Below are positions 29,651 to 39,027 of a stretch of 64,000 bases of DNA, one piece after another (the first letter of the stretch is position 1; the number at the start of each line of letters is the position of its first letter). This DNA comes from Fibrobacteria bacterium (GTDB taxonomy: Bacteria; Fibrobacterota; Fibrobacteria; UBA11236), in contig JAYTSD010000001.1 of the NCBI GenBank assembly GCA_043745805.1, forward strand, positions 64,001-128,000, written 5' to 3'. Position numbers and translations under genes: made by a program. The notes under the pieces were generated by a model. It worked only from the letters and a program-made list of their open reading frames with translations, was not told where the DNA came from and made no database searches.

Positions 29651-30702
29651 ATCAGAGCATGGCTGATAAATCTGTTAAAATTATCCAGTCTCAAAAAAAA
29701 CTATCGCAATTAATTTCGCCCTTTCAAAGCTGGCAAGGACTTTTACTTTGGCTCGGGGTTTTATGGATCTTTAGTCACGGCGTCCAATATTTCTTTTTAG
29801 AAGGCCCCTTTCGCGAAGGTCCCTATTATTATCAAATAATCATGTTGACCGGCATTAATATTATTTTGGCCGTAAGTTTAAATTTAACCAATGGTATCAC
29901 CGGCCAATTTTCAATTGGACATGCGGGTTTCTTTGCCATTGGCGCTTATACTGCCGCATTTTTCACCAGTGTTTATGGTCCAGGATTAAGATTGGCATTC
30001 GGTTTTTTGCCGGTCGCCTTACAAGATCCTATCCTGCTTTTGTGTGCTTTGGCCGTAGCCGCAGTGGCAGCAGGTTGTGCGGGCTTACTGGTGGGTATTC
30101 CTTCTTTACGCCTACGCGGAGATTATTTAGCTATAGTCACTTTGGGATTCGGAGAAATTATTCGCGTAATGATTTTAAATATCGATGCGGTCGGTGGTGC
30201 TCGAGGATTTATTGGCATTCCCCACTTGAGTAATTTCTTTTGGGTTTATGGTTTAGGACTTGTCACGGTCGCTACCGTAATTTACTTGTTACATTCCAGC
30301 TATGGCCGCGCCTTTATTGCTATACGCGAAAATGAAATTGCCGCGCAGGCCATGGGTGTAAATATTACGCGCTATAAAGTATTGGCATTTGTAGTGAGTT
30401 CAGTGTTTGCTGGCATGGCCGGCTGTTTATTTGGTCATCATACTTTGTATTTACATACCAACTCTTTCACCTTCATAAAATCTTTTGAAATCATTATCAT
30501 GATTTCTTTGGGTGGTTTAGGAAGTTTAGAAGGAGCTGTTTTAGGCGCTATTGTACTTACAGTTTTACCGGAAATGTTTCGTGGATTCGAAAGTTACCGT
30601 ATGGTGATTTATTCCTTAGTATTAATTATTGTAATGATATTTCGCCCTCAAGGCATACTGGGTCAATTGGCTTTTTTCCGAAACAAAACGGAGAAAAAAT
30701 AA
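29647..30702 (+). CDS. livM: Branched-chain amino acid ABC transporter permease LivM
   Basis: GQFSIGHAGFFAIGAY, LRLRGDYLAIVTLGFGEI, RPQGILG. Confidence 0.95.
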   Translation: MNQSMADKSVKIIQSQKKLSQLISPFQSWQGLLLWLGVLWIFSHGVQYFFLEGPFREGPYYYQIIMLTGINIILAVSLNLTNGITGQFSIGHAGFFAIGAYTAAFFTSVYGPGLRLAFGFLPVALQDPILLLCALAVAAVAAGCAGLLVGIPSLRLRGDYLAIVTLGFGEIIRVMILNIDAVGGARGFIGIPHLSNFFWVYGLGLVTVATVIYLLHSSYGRAFIAIRENEIAAQAMGVNITRYKVLAFVVSSVFAGMAGCLFGHHTLYLHTNSFTFIKSFEIIIMISLGGLGSLEGAVLGAIVLTVLPEMFRGFESYRMVIYSLVLIIVMIFRPQGILGQLAFFRNKTEKK

Positions 30703-31463
30703 TGCCTTTACTTTCCGTGCAACAAGTGCAAAAAGTTTTTGGTGGCCTCGTCGCTACCAAAGACATGCATTTAAATGTGGAAGAGGGGGAGTTGTTCGGT
30801 TTGATTGGGCCTAATGGGGCGGGTAAAACCACATTATTTAATTTGATTACTGGCGTTTATGCGCCTACCTCGGGAGATATTTTTTTAGCCGGAAATCCCA
30901 TACAAGGCTTGCCGCCCCATCGTATAGCGGCTTTGGGCATAGCACGTACTTTTCAAAATATCCGTTTATTTGAATCGATGACGGTGCTGGAAAATGTTAA
31001 AGTTTCTCAGCATATGCGCAAAAAGCAAAATCTTTTTTCGGTACTTTTTCGCACGAAGGCTTTTGATCTCGAAGAAAAAGACATGGAAGAAGCGGCACTG
31101 GGCTTATTGGAAATTTTACAGCTAGATAAATATCGGGATGAATTAGCGAAAAACTTACCCTATGGATCGCAGCGTCGTTTAGAAATAGCACGCGCTTTAG
31201 CTACGCAACCAAAGTTATTATTACTGGATGAACCTGCGGCAGGCATGAATCCACAAGAGTCTATCGAGTTAATGCATTTAATTCGCCGTGTGCGCGATGA
31301 ATTTAAATTGACCATACTTTTAGTAGAGCATAATATGAAAGTTGTGATGGGGGTATGTGAACGCATACAAGTGATTGATCATGGGGAGACGATTGCCCTT
31401 GGGGATCCGGCATCAATTCGGCATGATGCCAAAGTGATTGAAGCCTATTTAGGAAAAAGCTAA
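30702..31463 (+). CDS. livG: Branched-chain amino acid ABC transporter ATPase LivG
   Basis: GPNGAGKTT, ARTFQNIRLF, LPYGSQRRLEIARAL, LLDEPAAGMN. Confidence 0.95.
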   Translation: MPLLSVQQVQKVFGGLVATKDMHLNVEEGELFGLIGPNGAGKTTLFNLITGVYAPTSGDIFLAGNPIQGLPPHRIAALGIARTFQNIRLFESMTVLENVKVSQHMRKKQNLFSVLFRTKAFDLEEKDMEEAALGLLEILQLDKYRDELAKNLPYGSQRRLEIARALATQPKLLLLDEPAAGMNPQESIELMHLIRRVRDEFKLTILLVEHNMKVVMGVCERIQVIDHGETIALGDPASIRHDAKVIEAYLGKS

Positions 31464-32182
31464 TGGCCTTATTATCCTTGCAAACAGTTTCTACTCGTTA
31501 CGGTGCCATACAAGCTTTGGACAAAATAGATTTTTACGTGGATCAAGGGGAAATTGTTACCCTCATCGGTGCGAATGGCGCAGGTAAATCCACCGTATTA
31601 CGTAGCATTATGCAATTAGTGAAACCGCAAGCTGGGGAAATTTATTTCGATAAAATTTTATTGAATCGTTTGCCTACTCATCGCATTGCCGCACTTGGTA
31701 TTGCTTTGGTTCCGGAAGGTCGTGCCATTTTTGCAAACCTCACGGTACTCGAGAATTTGGAAATGGGAGCTTTTTTACAAAAAAATAATAATCAACTCAA
31801 AATAGATTTAGAACATGTTTATGATTTATTTCCCCGCTTAGCTGAAAGGCAAAAACAAGTGTCGGGTACCTTGAGTGGTGGTGAGCAGCAAATGCTTGCG
31901 ATTGGCCGCGCCTTAATGGCTCATCCTAGGCTTATGCTTTTAGACGAACCTTCTTTGGGTATTGCACCACTTTTGGTGCAAATCATTTATCAGGCTATTG
32001 ACAAAATTAGTCGTGAAGGCACTACTATTTTATTAGTGGAGCAAAACGCCAATGCGGCCTTACAGCATAGTCATAGAGCCTATGTGTTAGAAACCGGGAG
32101 AATAGTAATGGAAGGTAGATCTTCGGATTTAGCTGTTGATCCGCGTGTGCGTGAAGCATATTTGGGTGAACATGGAGGTTAA
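31463..32182 (+). CDS. livF: Branched-chain amino acid ABC transporter ATPase LivF
   Basis: GANGAGKST, VPEGR, LSGGEQQMLAIGRALM, LDEPSLG, VEQNA. Confidence 0.95.
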   Translation: MALLSLQTVSTRYGAIQALDKIDFYVDQGEIVTLIGANGAGKSTVLRSIMQLVKPQAGEIYFDKILLNRLPTHRIAALGIALVPEGRAIFANLTVLENLEMGAFLQKNNNQLKIDLEHVYDLFPRLAERQKQVSGTLSGGEQQMLAIGRALMAHPRLMLLDEPSLGIAPLLVQIIYQAIDKISREGTTILLVEQNANAALQHSHRAYVLETGRIVMEGRSSDLAVDPRVREAYLGEHGG

Positions 32183-32186
32183 TTTA

Positions 32187-32744
32187 ATGCGAATAAAAAT
32201 ATTATTAATATCCGGTAGCTTGCAAAATAAATCTTCTAATACGGCGCTATTAAATTATTTAATACAAAATACCTCAGAAAACATTCAATTGGAATTCAGT
32301 CAATCTTTGGCAGTTTTGCCACATTACAATTCGGATCTCGATACAGATTCACCTCCTGTATCGGTAGATGTTTTTCGGAATCAACTGCTCACTGCGAATG
32401 CAGTGATTATTGCTTCTCCTGAATATGCCCATAGTGTTCCCGGATCATTGAAGAATGCATTGGATTGGGTGGTGGGATCAGGAGAATTAGTCTATAAGCG
32501 AGTCGCCATTATGAGCGCCTCACCTGGACTTGATGGGGGTAACAAAGCTTTGGATTTATTGGCTTATATATTAGAAGTTATGTCCGCCAAAGTGAGTGGT
32601 CGCTTAGGAGTTGATTCGATTCGTAAAAAGGTAGATGCGGATGGAAATATTGTGGACGAAAATACCCTGAAAAATATCAATGCTTTTTTTGTTCAATTGG
32701 TGAATCAAATTAGGCAAGATATGCTTATTCAGCAAAGTAATTAA
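32187..32744 (+). CDS. NAD(P)H-dependent FMN reductase (flavodoxin-like)
   Basis: ISGSLQNKSSN, SPEYAHSVPGSLKNALDW; RBS ggagg before ATG 32187. Confidence 0.92.
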   Translation: MRIKILLISGSLQNKSSNTALLNYLIQNTSENIQLEFSQSLAVLPHYNSDLDTDSPPVSVDVFRNQLLTANAVIIASPEYAHSVPGSLKNALDWVVGSGELVYKRVAIMSASPGLDGGNKALDLLAYILEVMSAKVSGRLGVDSIRKKVDADGNIVDENTLKNINAFFVQLVNQIRQDMLIQQSN

Positions 32745-32745
32745 T

Positions 32746-33462
32746 ATGTTACCAGATGCTTTTAAAAAATCATTATGGAAAAGAGCGATATTTATTTTCT
32801 CTACCTTATTAATTTTTAATTGCGCCGAAAACCCTTCCATTGCACACCTTCGGCCAGCGATTAGCCACAAGAAAAAAAGTCCTAGTCGTGAAAAAACGAA
32901 TCAAGCTTTTATTCGCAATGCCATTTTAAAATATGGTTCACATGAAGCGGCCTCTCAGCAATATGTAGAAGAAGGATGGCATAAATTTTATCAAAAGGAC
33001 TATGCCATTTCTATGAAACGCTTTAATCAGGCTTGGCTCTTGGATTCTTTGAACGGCAATGTCTATTGGGGATTTGCGAGTATCTTAGGTAATACAGGTA
33101 GCTCCATGGATACAGTGATTCACTATTTTCAATGGGCACAAAAATTATTGCCTCAAGACGAAAGACTAAAAGGAAATTTGGCAAATGCTTATGGATTTTT
33201 GGCAGAGCAACAACAAAAAAATCATCAGGAAAATTACCGTCTCAAATATGACACGGCATTTACTTTGTTTATGTCTTTAAAAACTAGAAAAAGAACCGAT
33301 GCCGATCTTTATTTACAGTATTGGGGTATTGCTTTAAAAGCTAGAGATGAAAAACAGGTGATTCAGGCACAAATGATTATTGACTCTACGGGTATAGTGC
33401 CAGAAAATCAAGCATGGCTAGATACTTTGAAAGCAGAATCAAAGAAAAGATTTAGAGATTAA
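32746..33462 (+). CDS. TPR-containing probable lipoprotein
   Basis: Signal with IFNC; AISMKRFNQAWLLDS..NVYWGF TPR pattern. Confidence 0.7.
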   Translation: MLPDAFKKSLWKRAIFIFSTLLIFNCAENPSIAHLRPAISHKKKSPSREKTNQAFIRNAILKYGSHEAASQQYVEEGWHKFYQKDYAISMKRFNQAWLLDSLNGNVYWGFASILGNTGSSMDTVIHYFQWAQKLLPQDERLKGNLANAYGFLAEQQQKNHQENYRLKYDTAFTLFMSLKTRKRTDADLYLQYWGIALKARDEKQVIQAQMIIDSTGIVPENQAWLDTLKAESKKRFRD

Positions 33463-33509
33463 TTTCGAAGTTTTTAAATTTTTAAAAGCAGAAATATTTC
33501 AAAGTATTA

Positions 33510-34580
33510 TCAATTTTCCCCATTCGCCATTGCAGCGTTTGATTTTTTAGCAGAGGCTAAAATCTGACTTGGAATATCGTTTAAGGGTAAAATATGTTCC
33601 GCGGCCCCAAGTTGAATGGCTTCTTTGGGCATCCCAAATACCACACAGCTTTTTTCGTCTTGGGCAATTGTCGAAGCCCCGCCATTGCGCATTTCCAGTA
33701 AACCCGTAGCCCCATCGGTTCCCATGCCTGTAAGTAGGACTCCGATGGCATTACCTTTTGTTGCCCGTGCAACGGACTTAAAAAGAATATCTATGGAAGG
33801 GCGATGCCGTGATACTAAGGGTCCATCTTTGATTTCCACCCGATAGGTATCGCCTGAGGGACGTAACACCATATGCATATTTCCCGGTGCAATTAGGGCG
33901 CGACCAGGAATAACTTCGTCCCCATTGGCGGCCTCTTTTACTTCAATCGAGCATAAATTATTTAACCGCTCCGCAAAAGAATTCGTTAGATATTCTGGTA
34001 AATGTTGTACCACAAGAATAGGAGGGGATGCCGCTGGCATTTTTGTTAAAATATCGTGTATAGCTCGAGTTCCTCCTGTGGAGGCACCAATAGCGATTAA
34101 TTTTTCAGTGGGTCCATTCCATGGAGCAGGCTTGTCAACAACTGCCTGCGTTTTCCACCAGCTATTTCCAATTTTTGCGCTGGCCGCAGCAATAATAGCA
34201 TCTCGCAATAAGAGAGTCATTTCTTCAGCGGATTTTCCAGACTTAGGCTTACATAAAACATCAATGGCCCCATAGGATAAAGCTTGCATTGCGATTTCAC
34301 TACCCTTGGGCGATAGAGAGGAAACAATAATTACCGGCATGGGACGATAATGCATAAGTTTCTTTAAAAAAGTAAGCCCATCCATATGAGGCATTTCTAT
34401 ATCCAAAGTAATCACATCAGGAGAAAGTTGTAAAATTTTATCACGCGCTACAAAAGGATCCGGTGCGGTTCCTACTACTTCAATAAGCGGATCTTTGGAT
34501 AAAGCATTTTGGAGTATGTCTCTTATAGTCGGAGAGTCATCTACTATTAATACTTTGATTTTATTTTTTAGGGTTGTCAT
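33510..34580 (-). CDS. cheB: Chemotaxis methylesterase CheB (copy 2)
   Basis: REC plus GASTGG, VQHLP, HRPSID, TGMGTDGA. Confidence 0.96.
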   Translation of the reverse strand: MTTLKNKIKVLIVDDSPTIRDILQNALSKDPLIEVVGTAPDPFVARDKILQLSPDVITLDIEMPHMDGLTFLKKLMHYRPMPVIIVSSLSPKGSEIAMQALSYGAIDVLCKPKSGKSAEEMTLLLRDAIIAAASAKIGNSWWKTQAVVDKPAPWNGPTEKLIAIGASTGGTRAIHDILTKMPAASPPILVVQHLPEYLTNSFAERLNNLCSIEVKEAANGDEVIPGRALIAPGNMHMVLRPSGDTYRVEIKDGPLVSRHRPSIDILFKSVARATKGNAIGVLLTGMGTDGATGLLEMRNGGASTIAQDEKSCVVFGMPKEAIQLGAAEHILPLNDIPSQILASAKKSNAAMANGEN

Positions 34581-34588
34581 GGTGAAAC

Positions 34589-35068
34589 CTATTTTTCAGT
34601 TATAGCAGGTTCATTAATAGAGCATCGAATAAGCAATCCTTGATCATCTATGCTTAGTCTTAAAGTGTCAGGATCATTTAATAGTTCATTACCGGTCAGT
34701 GGATTCCAAAAGGTAACCTTGGGAATAGATAAAGAAAATACTACCTGCTCACCCGCATAGGTAGATAAAATATGCCCGCAGGCTACATTGAGCAATTCTT
34801 TCAAAGCATCTAATGATTTGGTAGGAAGATCTGGATCATCAATATCTTCACCGAGTATATTGGCTGCTAATTCAATGGCTATTTTTTGAGGTACCACTAA
34901 AATAAGTTCTCCAGTTGTATGTCCAGAAAAAGACATTTCGGCACAAAAATATTCAGTATCTGGATCAGGAAAAATTTCAGGTTCTTCAGGTTCGGTAAAT
35001 AAAAAAGCTTGTTTTTCTAAAACTCCCGAAAGTACTTGATAGAGTAATTTAGTTGGAATGTTACGCAT
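34589..35068 (-). CDS. cheX: CheX-like phosphatase
   Basis: FSGHTTGEL...LAANILG...DALKELLNVACG (E-x-x-N motif). Confidence 0.8.
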   Translation of the reverse strand: MRNIPTKLLYQVLSGVLEKQAFLFTEPEEPEIFPDPDTEYFCAEMSFSGHTTGELILVVPQKIAIELAANILGEDIDDPDLPTKSLDALKELLNVACGHILSTYAGEQVVFSLSIPKVTFWNPLTGNELLNDPDTLRLSIDDQGLLIRCSINEPAITEK

Positions 35069-35447
35069 CGAATACCCCCAAAATATCTTGTATGGTAGAT
35101 TTTAAATTTTCCGGACGAAAAGGTTTGCGAATAAAAGCTTTAATACCTTTTTCATGAAGCTCTTGTATACGCGTAGCGCTTCCTTCTGTGGAAACCATAA
35201 TAATTGGGATAGTTTTATACAGTTCATTTTCCTGCATTTTATTCACCAATTCTATGCCTCCCATAATAGGCATATTCACATCAGCAAAAACTAAATCAAT
35301 CCATTCCTTGCCTAAAATTTCTAAGGCTTCAACGCCATTACCCGCTTGATAAAGTGTGCCGATGGGCAATTCGCTTAACCCTAAGGTTTTACAAATCACC
35401 GCGCGTACTGTTTCTGAATCATCTACAATTAGCATATTTAGCGCCAT
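35061..35447 (-). CDS. cheY: CheY-like single-domain response regulator
   Basis: IVDDS, ADVNMP, VSTEG, IRKPF. Confidence 0.9.
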   Translation of the reverse strand: MALNMLIVDDSETVRAVICKTLGLSELPIGTLYQAGNGVEALEILGKEWIDLVFADVNMPIMGGIELVNKMQENELYKTIPIIMVSTEGSATRIQELHEKGIKAFIRKPFRPENLKSTIQDILGVFDA

Positions 35448-35475
35448 ATTGTTTGCCTCTTCTGTTTATTTAATT

Positions 35476-35952
35476 TCATAATTTTCTTTCGCTTCCGGCG
35501 ATTTTCAAAACCGTTATTCCCGTATCAAGATGTAAAGACATGGTGCGTGGAACCGATCCACCTACATCTTCACCAGAAATGAGAATATTGTTTTTCCAAA
35601 GAACTTTTCTCAAAACGGTATAATTGCGTTCGCCAATATTAAAAGTTTTATTGTCATCTAATATTTGAGATCCACCCGCAACTTTAGCGATTATGGTTTT
35701 ACGGGTAGCACCTAGATCAAACATTTTTTGCATAAAGGCCGAAACACCAGTGTCCACATAAAGAAAAGGATTATTATCTGCCTTCTCCGGATTTATTTTT
35801 GACATGGGCATCATGCAATGTATGAGGCCTCCGCAACGGATATTGGGATCATAAAGAGTAATTCCCAAACAGGAACCTAAAGAATAAGTGATTAGCGTAT
35901 CGGTAGGATTATTCGATATCGCTAGATCAGCTATGCCAATAACAATATTCAT
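35476..35952 (-). CDS. cheD: Chemoreceptor glutamine deamidase CheD
   Basis: TYSLGSCLG, GGLIHCMMP, FNIGERN, EDVGG..RT. Confidence 0.95.
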   Translation of the reverse strand: MNIVIGIADLAISNNPTDTLITYSLGSCLGITLYDPNIRCGGLIHCMMPMSKINPEKADNNPFLYVDTGVSAFMQKMFDLGATRKTIIAKVAGGSQILDDNKTFNIGERNYTVLRKVLWKNNILISGEDVGGSVPRTMSLHLDTGITVLKIAGSERKL

Positions 35953-35953
35953 T

Positions 35954-36754
35954 TTAACCTTTGAAATAAACTGCAGGTTTAAGGTATTTAAATTGATGAT
36001 TTATAGAGGATAGGCTTTCAGAATGCCCCACAAAAAAAATACCGCCAGGTTTTAGTAAACGATAAATGTCGTTTATCAATCGAGTGCGGACGGTGTTATC
36101 AAAATAAATCATTACATTTCGGCAAAAAACCATATCAAATGGGCCTCGCATAGGGAAGGGAGGTGAAGATAAATTTATTCGAGAAAAAGTTACCCTATTG
36201 CGAATTTCATCCGTCACTTGTATTTGTTCTTTATCGGGAGTAGAGGAAAAATATTTTTTGTATTCCTTGGGAATAGCGGCTACCCGTGATTTTTCATACA
36301 CCCCATTTTTGGCGAGACTTAAAACACGGGTGGAGATATCGGTTGCTAATATTTTAATATCCGCAGATTCCCCATGCATAACCTCTGCAAGGGTCATGGC
36401 TAAAGAATAGGGTTCTTCTCCTGTTGAGCTAGCGGCCGACCAAAAGCGAAATTTTTTCTGACCACGATCCAACCATTTAGAAAAAACCTTGGAGGCGTAG
36501 TCAAAATGTTCTGACTCTCGAAAAAAATGGGTTATATTAGTAGAAATGGCATCGATCATTTCCACCATTTCATTTTCATTTCGTTCCTCTTTTATAAATT
36601 TCAAATAGTCATCAAAGGAATTCATTTCCAATTTACGCATACGCTTACCAATGCGCGAAGTGACTAAAGATTCTTTTCCTTTATCCATACAAATACCAGT
36701 TTTCGTATAAATGAAGTCGCTGAAATTTTGAAAAGATTTTCCCGAAAGTTCCAT
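35954..36754 (-). CDS. cheR: Chemotaxis methyltransferase CheR
   Basis: STNITHFFRE, WSAASSTGEEPYSLAM, ATDIS, FCRNVMIYFD, GHSES. Confidence 0.96.
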   Translation of the reverse strand: MELSGKSFQNFSDFIYTKTGICMDKGKESLVTSRIGKRMRKLEMNSFDDYLKFIKEERNENEMVEMIDAISTNITHFFRESEHFDYASKVFSKWLDRGQKKFRFWSAASSTGEEPYSLAMTLAEVMHGESADIKILATDISTRVLSLAKNGVYEKSRVAAIPKEYKKYFSSTPDKEQIQVTDEIRNRVTFSRINLSSPPFPMRGPFDMVFCRNVMIYFDNTVRTRLINDIYRLLKPGGIFFVGHSESLSSINHQFKYLKPAVYFKG

Positions 36755-36787
36755 GTTACTGCCTTAAAGTTTTGAAAGCGTTGTAGC

Positions 36788-38449
36788 TTAAAATTCTTTT
36801 AACTCCGCTTCGGTAAGAGGAATAACGGCTTCTGCATTTTCCGAATTAGATTGTCTTGCGACGGCTTGCCATCCTCCAGATTTTGCGACCACGCGATTCG
36901 TTTCATGAGTTCTACTATTGAAATGACTTTTGGTTTTGTTCAGACTTGATTTTTGAAAGGAGGGTTTCATGGCATTTCCATAGGAGACTGGCATTTCTCT
37001 CGAAACATTTTCACCATTAGAATTTCCTCTGACAATATTCACTAGTATGTTAACCATTCCATTCAATTCTTTGGCTTGAGCGGATAACTCCTCACTGGCG
37101 GAAGCCGATTCTTCCGCACTCGAAGCATTTGCTTGTGTAAGCTTATCCATTTGTGTTACTGCTGTTCCGATTTGTTCAATCCCTTTAGATTGTTCTTCGC
37201 TGGCAGAGGATACATCGCCAATAAGCTGGGTAAGGCTTTGTACATTATCCACAATTTGACTTAATAAGTTGGCCACTTCTTGAGAAACTAGTACTCCATT
37301 ATCGGCATTTTTTTGTGACTCTTCAATTAAAGCCGAAGTATTTTTTGCGGCCTCAGCGCTGCGTTGTGCTAAATTACGAACTTCCTCAGCAACGACTGCA
37401 AAGCCTTTGCCTGCATCTCCTGCACGCGCCGCTTCGACAGCGGCATTCAAAGCCAATAGATTGGTTTGAAAGGCAATTTCATCAATAGTTTTTACAATTT
37501 TGGCGGTTTGATCGGAAGAGGTTTTGATTTGGTTAATCGCTGAGCCCATCTTTTTCATAGTTCCCATACATTTTTCTAAGGCCTGACGAGTTGAATTTGC
37601 CATGCTATTCGCTTGTTTGGAACTCTCGCTATTTTGTTTGGTCATGGAAGACATTTCTTCCAAAGATGCAGAAGTTTCTTCTAAAGAAGAAGCCTGTTCA
37701 CTAGCCCCTTCAGCCATTTGTTGGCTGGTTTGAGAAACTTGATTGGATGCAGAGGAAACCTGCTCGCTACCTTCAGTAAGGCTGCTGATAACATTATTAA
37801 GGGCATTAGAAATGGAGCGACTTAGTAAAACACCAATGGCAGTACCCACAGCCAATGCTAAAAGTAATCCAATAACAATACCGCTTTTCGCAGAATTTAC
37901 TGCTTGGGTGATTTCTTTTCCGAAAATTTTGCCATTATCATGGTTATAGTCAGTTAAAACCTGCAGAGATTCCTTATATTTTTCAAATACCGAAATGTAT
38001 TGGTTTGTGAACATAGCTATTGCTTCTTTGGACTTGCCGGATTTGCTCATATTTAAAATGGTATTTCGCATTTCCCCGTTTTGTATTTTTAATGGGCCAA
38101 TAGCAGAAAATAATTCTTGGTCTTTACCGAGGTTAATAGTTGCTTCATAGGCTTTTAAAAACGCTCCAGTTTTCTCATTGTTATCAGCAATTCGCTTTTC
38201 TATTGCTTCTTTTTCTTCCTTTGTTTCTGACAATAAACTTTGTCCGAGTAAAGACACATTTGTAAGTGCTAAGGCTTCAGCACCCGATATTGCCGCTACA
38301 CCAGGCAAAGCATCTTCAGTAACTTTTTTTGATACTTCTTTGATGATGACTAAACGAGAATAAGCAAAAGCACCTAAACAACCCGCTATTAATAGAACTA
38401 TAAAAAACCCCAAATATAATTTGGCACTCAAACTAAAACCTTTTAACAT
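36788..38449 (-). CDS. Methyl-accepting chemotaxis protein (4HB sensor, short signalling domain)
   Basis: Two TM, four-helix periplasmic domain, [35 protein letters not shown], methylation helices [14 protein letters not shown]. Confidence 0.95.
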   Translation of the reverse strand: MLKGFSLSAKLYLGFFIVLLIAGCLGAFAYSRLVIIKEVSKKVTEDALPGVAAISGAEALALTNVSLLGQSLLSETKEEKEAIEKRIADNNEKTGAFLKAYEATINLGKDQELFSAIGPLKIQNGEMRNTILNMSKSGKSKEAIAMFTNQYISVFEKYKESLQVLTDYNHDNGKIFGKEITQAVNSAKSGIVIGLLLALAVGTAIGVLLSRSISNALNNVISSLTEGSEQVSSASNQVSQTSQQMAEGASEQASSLEETSASLEEMSSMTKQNSESSKQANSMANSTRQALEKCMGTMKKMGSAINQIKTSSDQTAKIVKTIDEIAFQTNLLALNAAVEAARAGDAGKGFAVVAEEVRNLAQRSAEAAKNTSALIEESQKNADNGVLVSQEVANLLSQIVDNVQSLTQLIGDVSSASEEQSKGIEQIGTAVTQMDKLTQANASSAEESASASEELSAQAKELNGMVNILVNIVRGNSNGENVSREMPVSYGNAMKPSFQKSSLNKTKSHFNSRTHETNRVVAKSGGWQAVARQSNSENAEAVIPLTEAELKEF

Positions 38450-38485
38450 ACCTACTCCTTTATTGATTTTTAATTAAAAATATTT

Positions 38486-38998
38486 TTATGCTATTTTTTC
38501 AACTAATCCAATTTCTTTATCAGACAGCACTTTATCCACATCAAGCAGCATAATAACCTTATGGACCACTTTACCCATGCCCAAAATAAAATCTGTATTC
38601 ACACTTGCCCCAAAGGCTGGTGCAGATTCAATTTGGTCAATAGGAATATTTAATACCTCAGAAACTTCATCGACAATAAGCCCCATGATAATGTTGGTGG
38701 TAGCTAGGTTTACCTGTACCACTATAATACAGGTCCTTTCGGTATCTTCTAATCCTTGCATTTCAAATTTATTGCGTAGTTCAATAACGGGAATAACTTT
38801 GCCTCTTAAATTAATAACCCCTCTTACAAAGGAAGGCGTTCGAGGAATATGTGTTACGGTCATCATACCAATTATTTCTTGCACTTTTAAAATCTCAATA
38901 CCATAAATTTCTTTACCTAACTGAAAGGTCAGGTACTTACCTCCTTTAGCAGCAATTGAAGGTGAATTTTTATGTTCTGTGAGAGTGTCTACGGCCAT
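38486..38998 (-). CDS. cheW: Chemotaxis coupling protein CheW
   Basis: KYLTFQLG.E.YGIEILKVQEI, GVINLRGKVIPVI, GLIVDEVSEV. Confidence 0.96.
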   Translation of the reverse strand: MAVDTLTEHKNSPSIAAKGGKYLTFQLGKEIYGIEILKVQEIIGMMTVTHIPRTPSFVRGVINLRGKVIPVIELRNKFEMQGLEDTERTCIIVVQVNLATTNIIMGLIVDEVSEVLNIPIDQIESAPAFGASVNTDFILGMGKVVHKVIMLLDVDKVLSDKEIGLVEKIA

Positions 38999-39027
38999 AT
39001 TTTCCTTTCCAATAATATTTTCAGATA

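Noticed and set aside
25436-32182. lemA-TPM-TPM and liv operons as novel systems
   Set aside because: Widespread, conventional operons with nothing anomalous seen.
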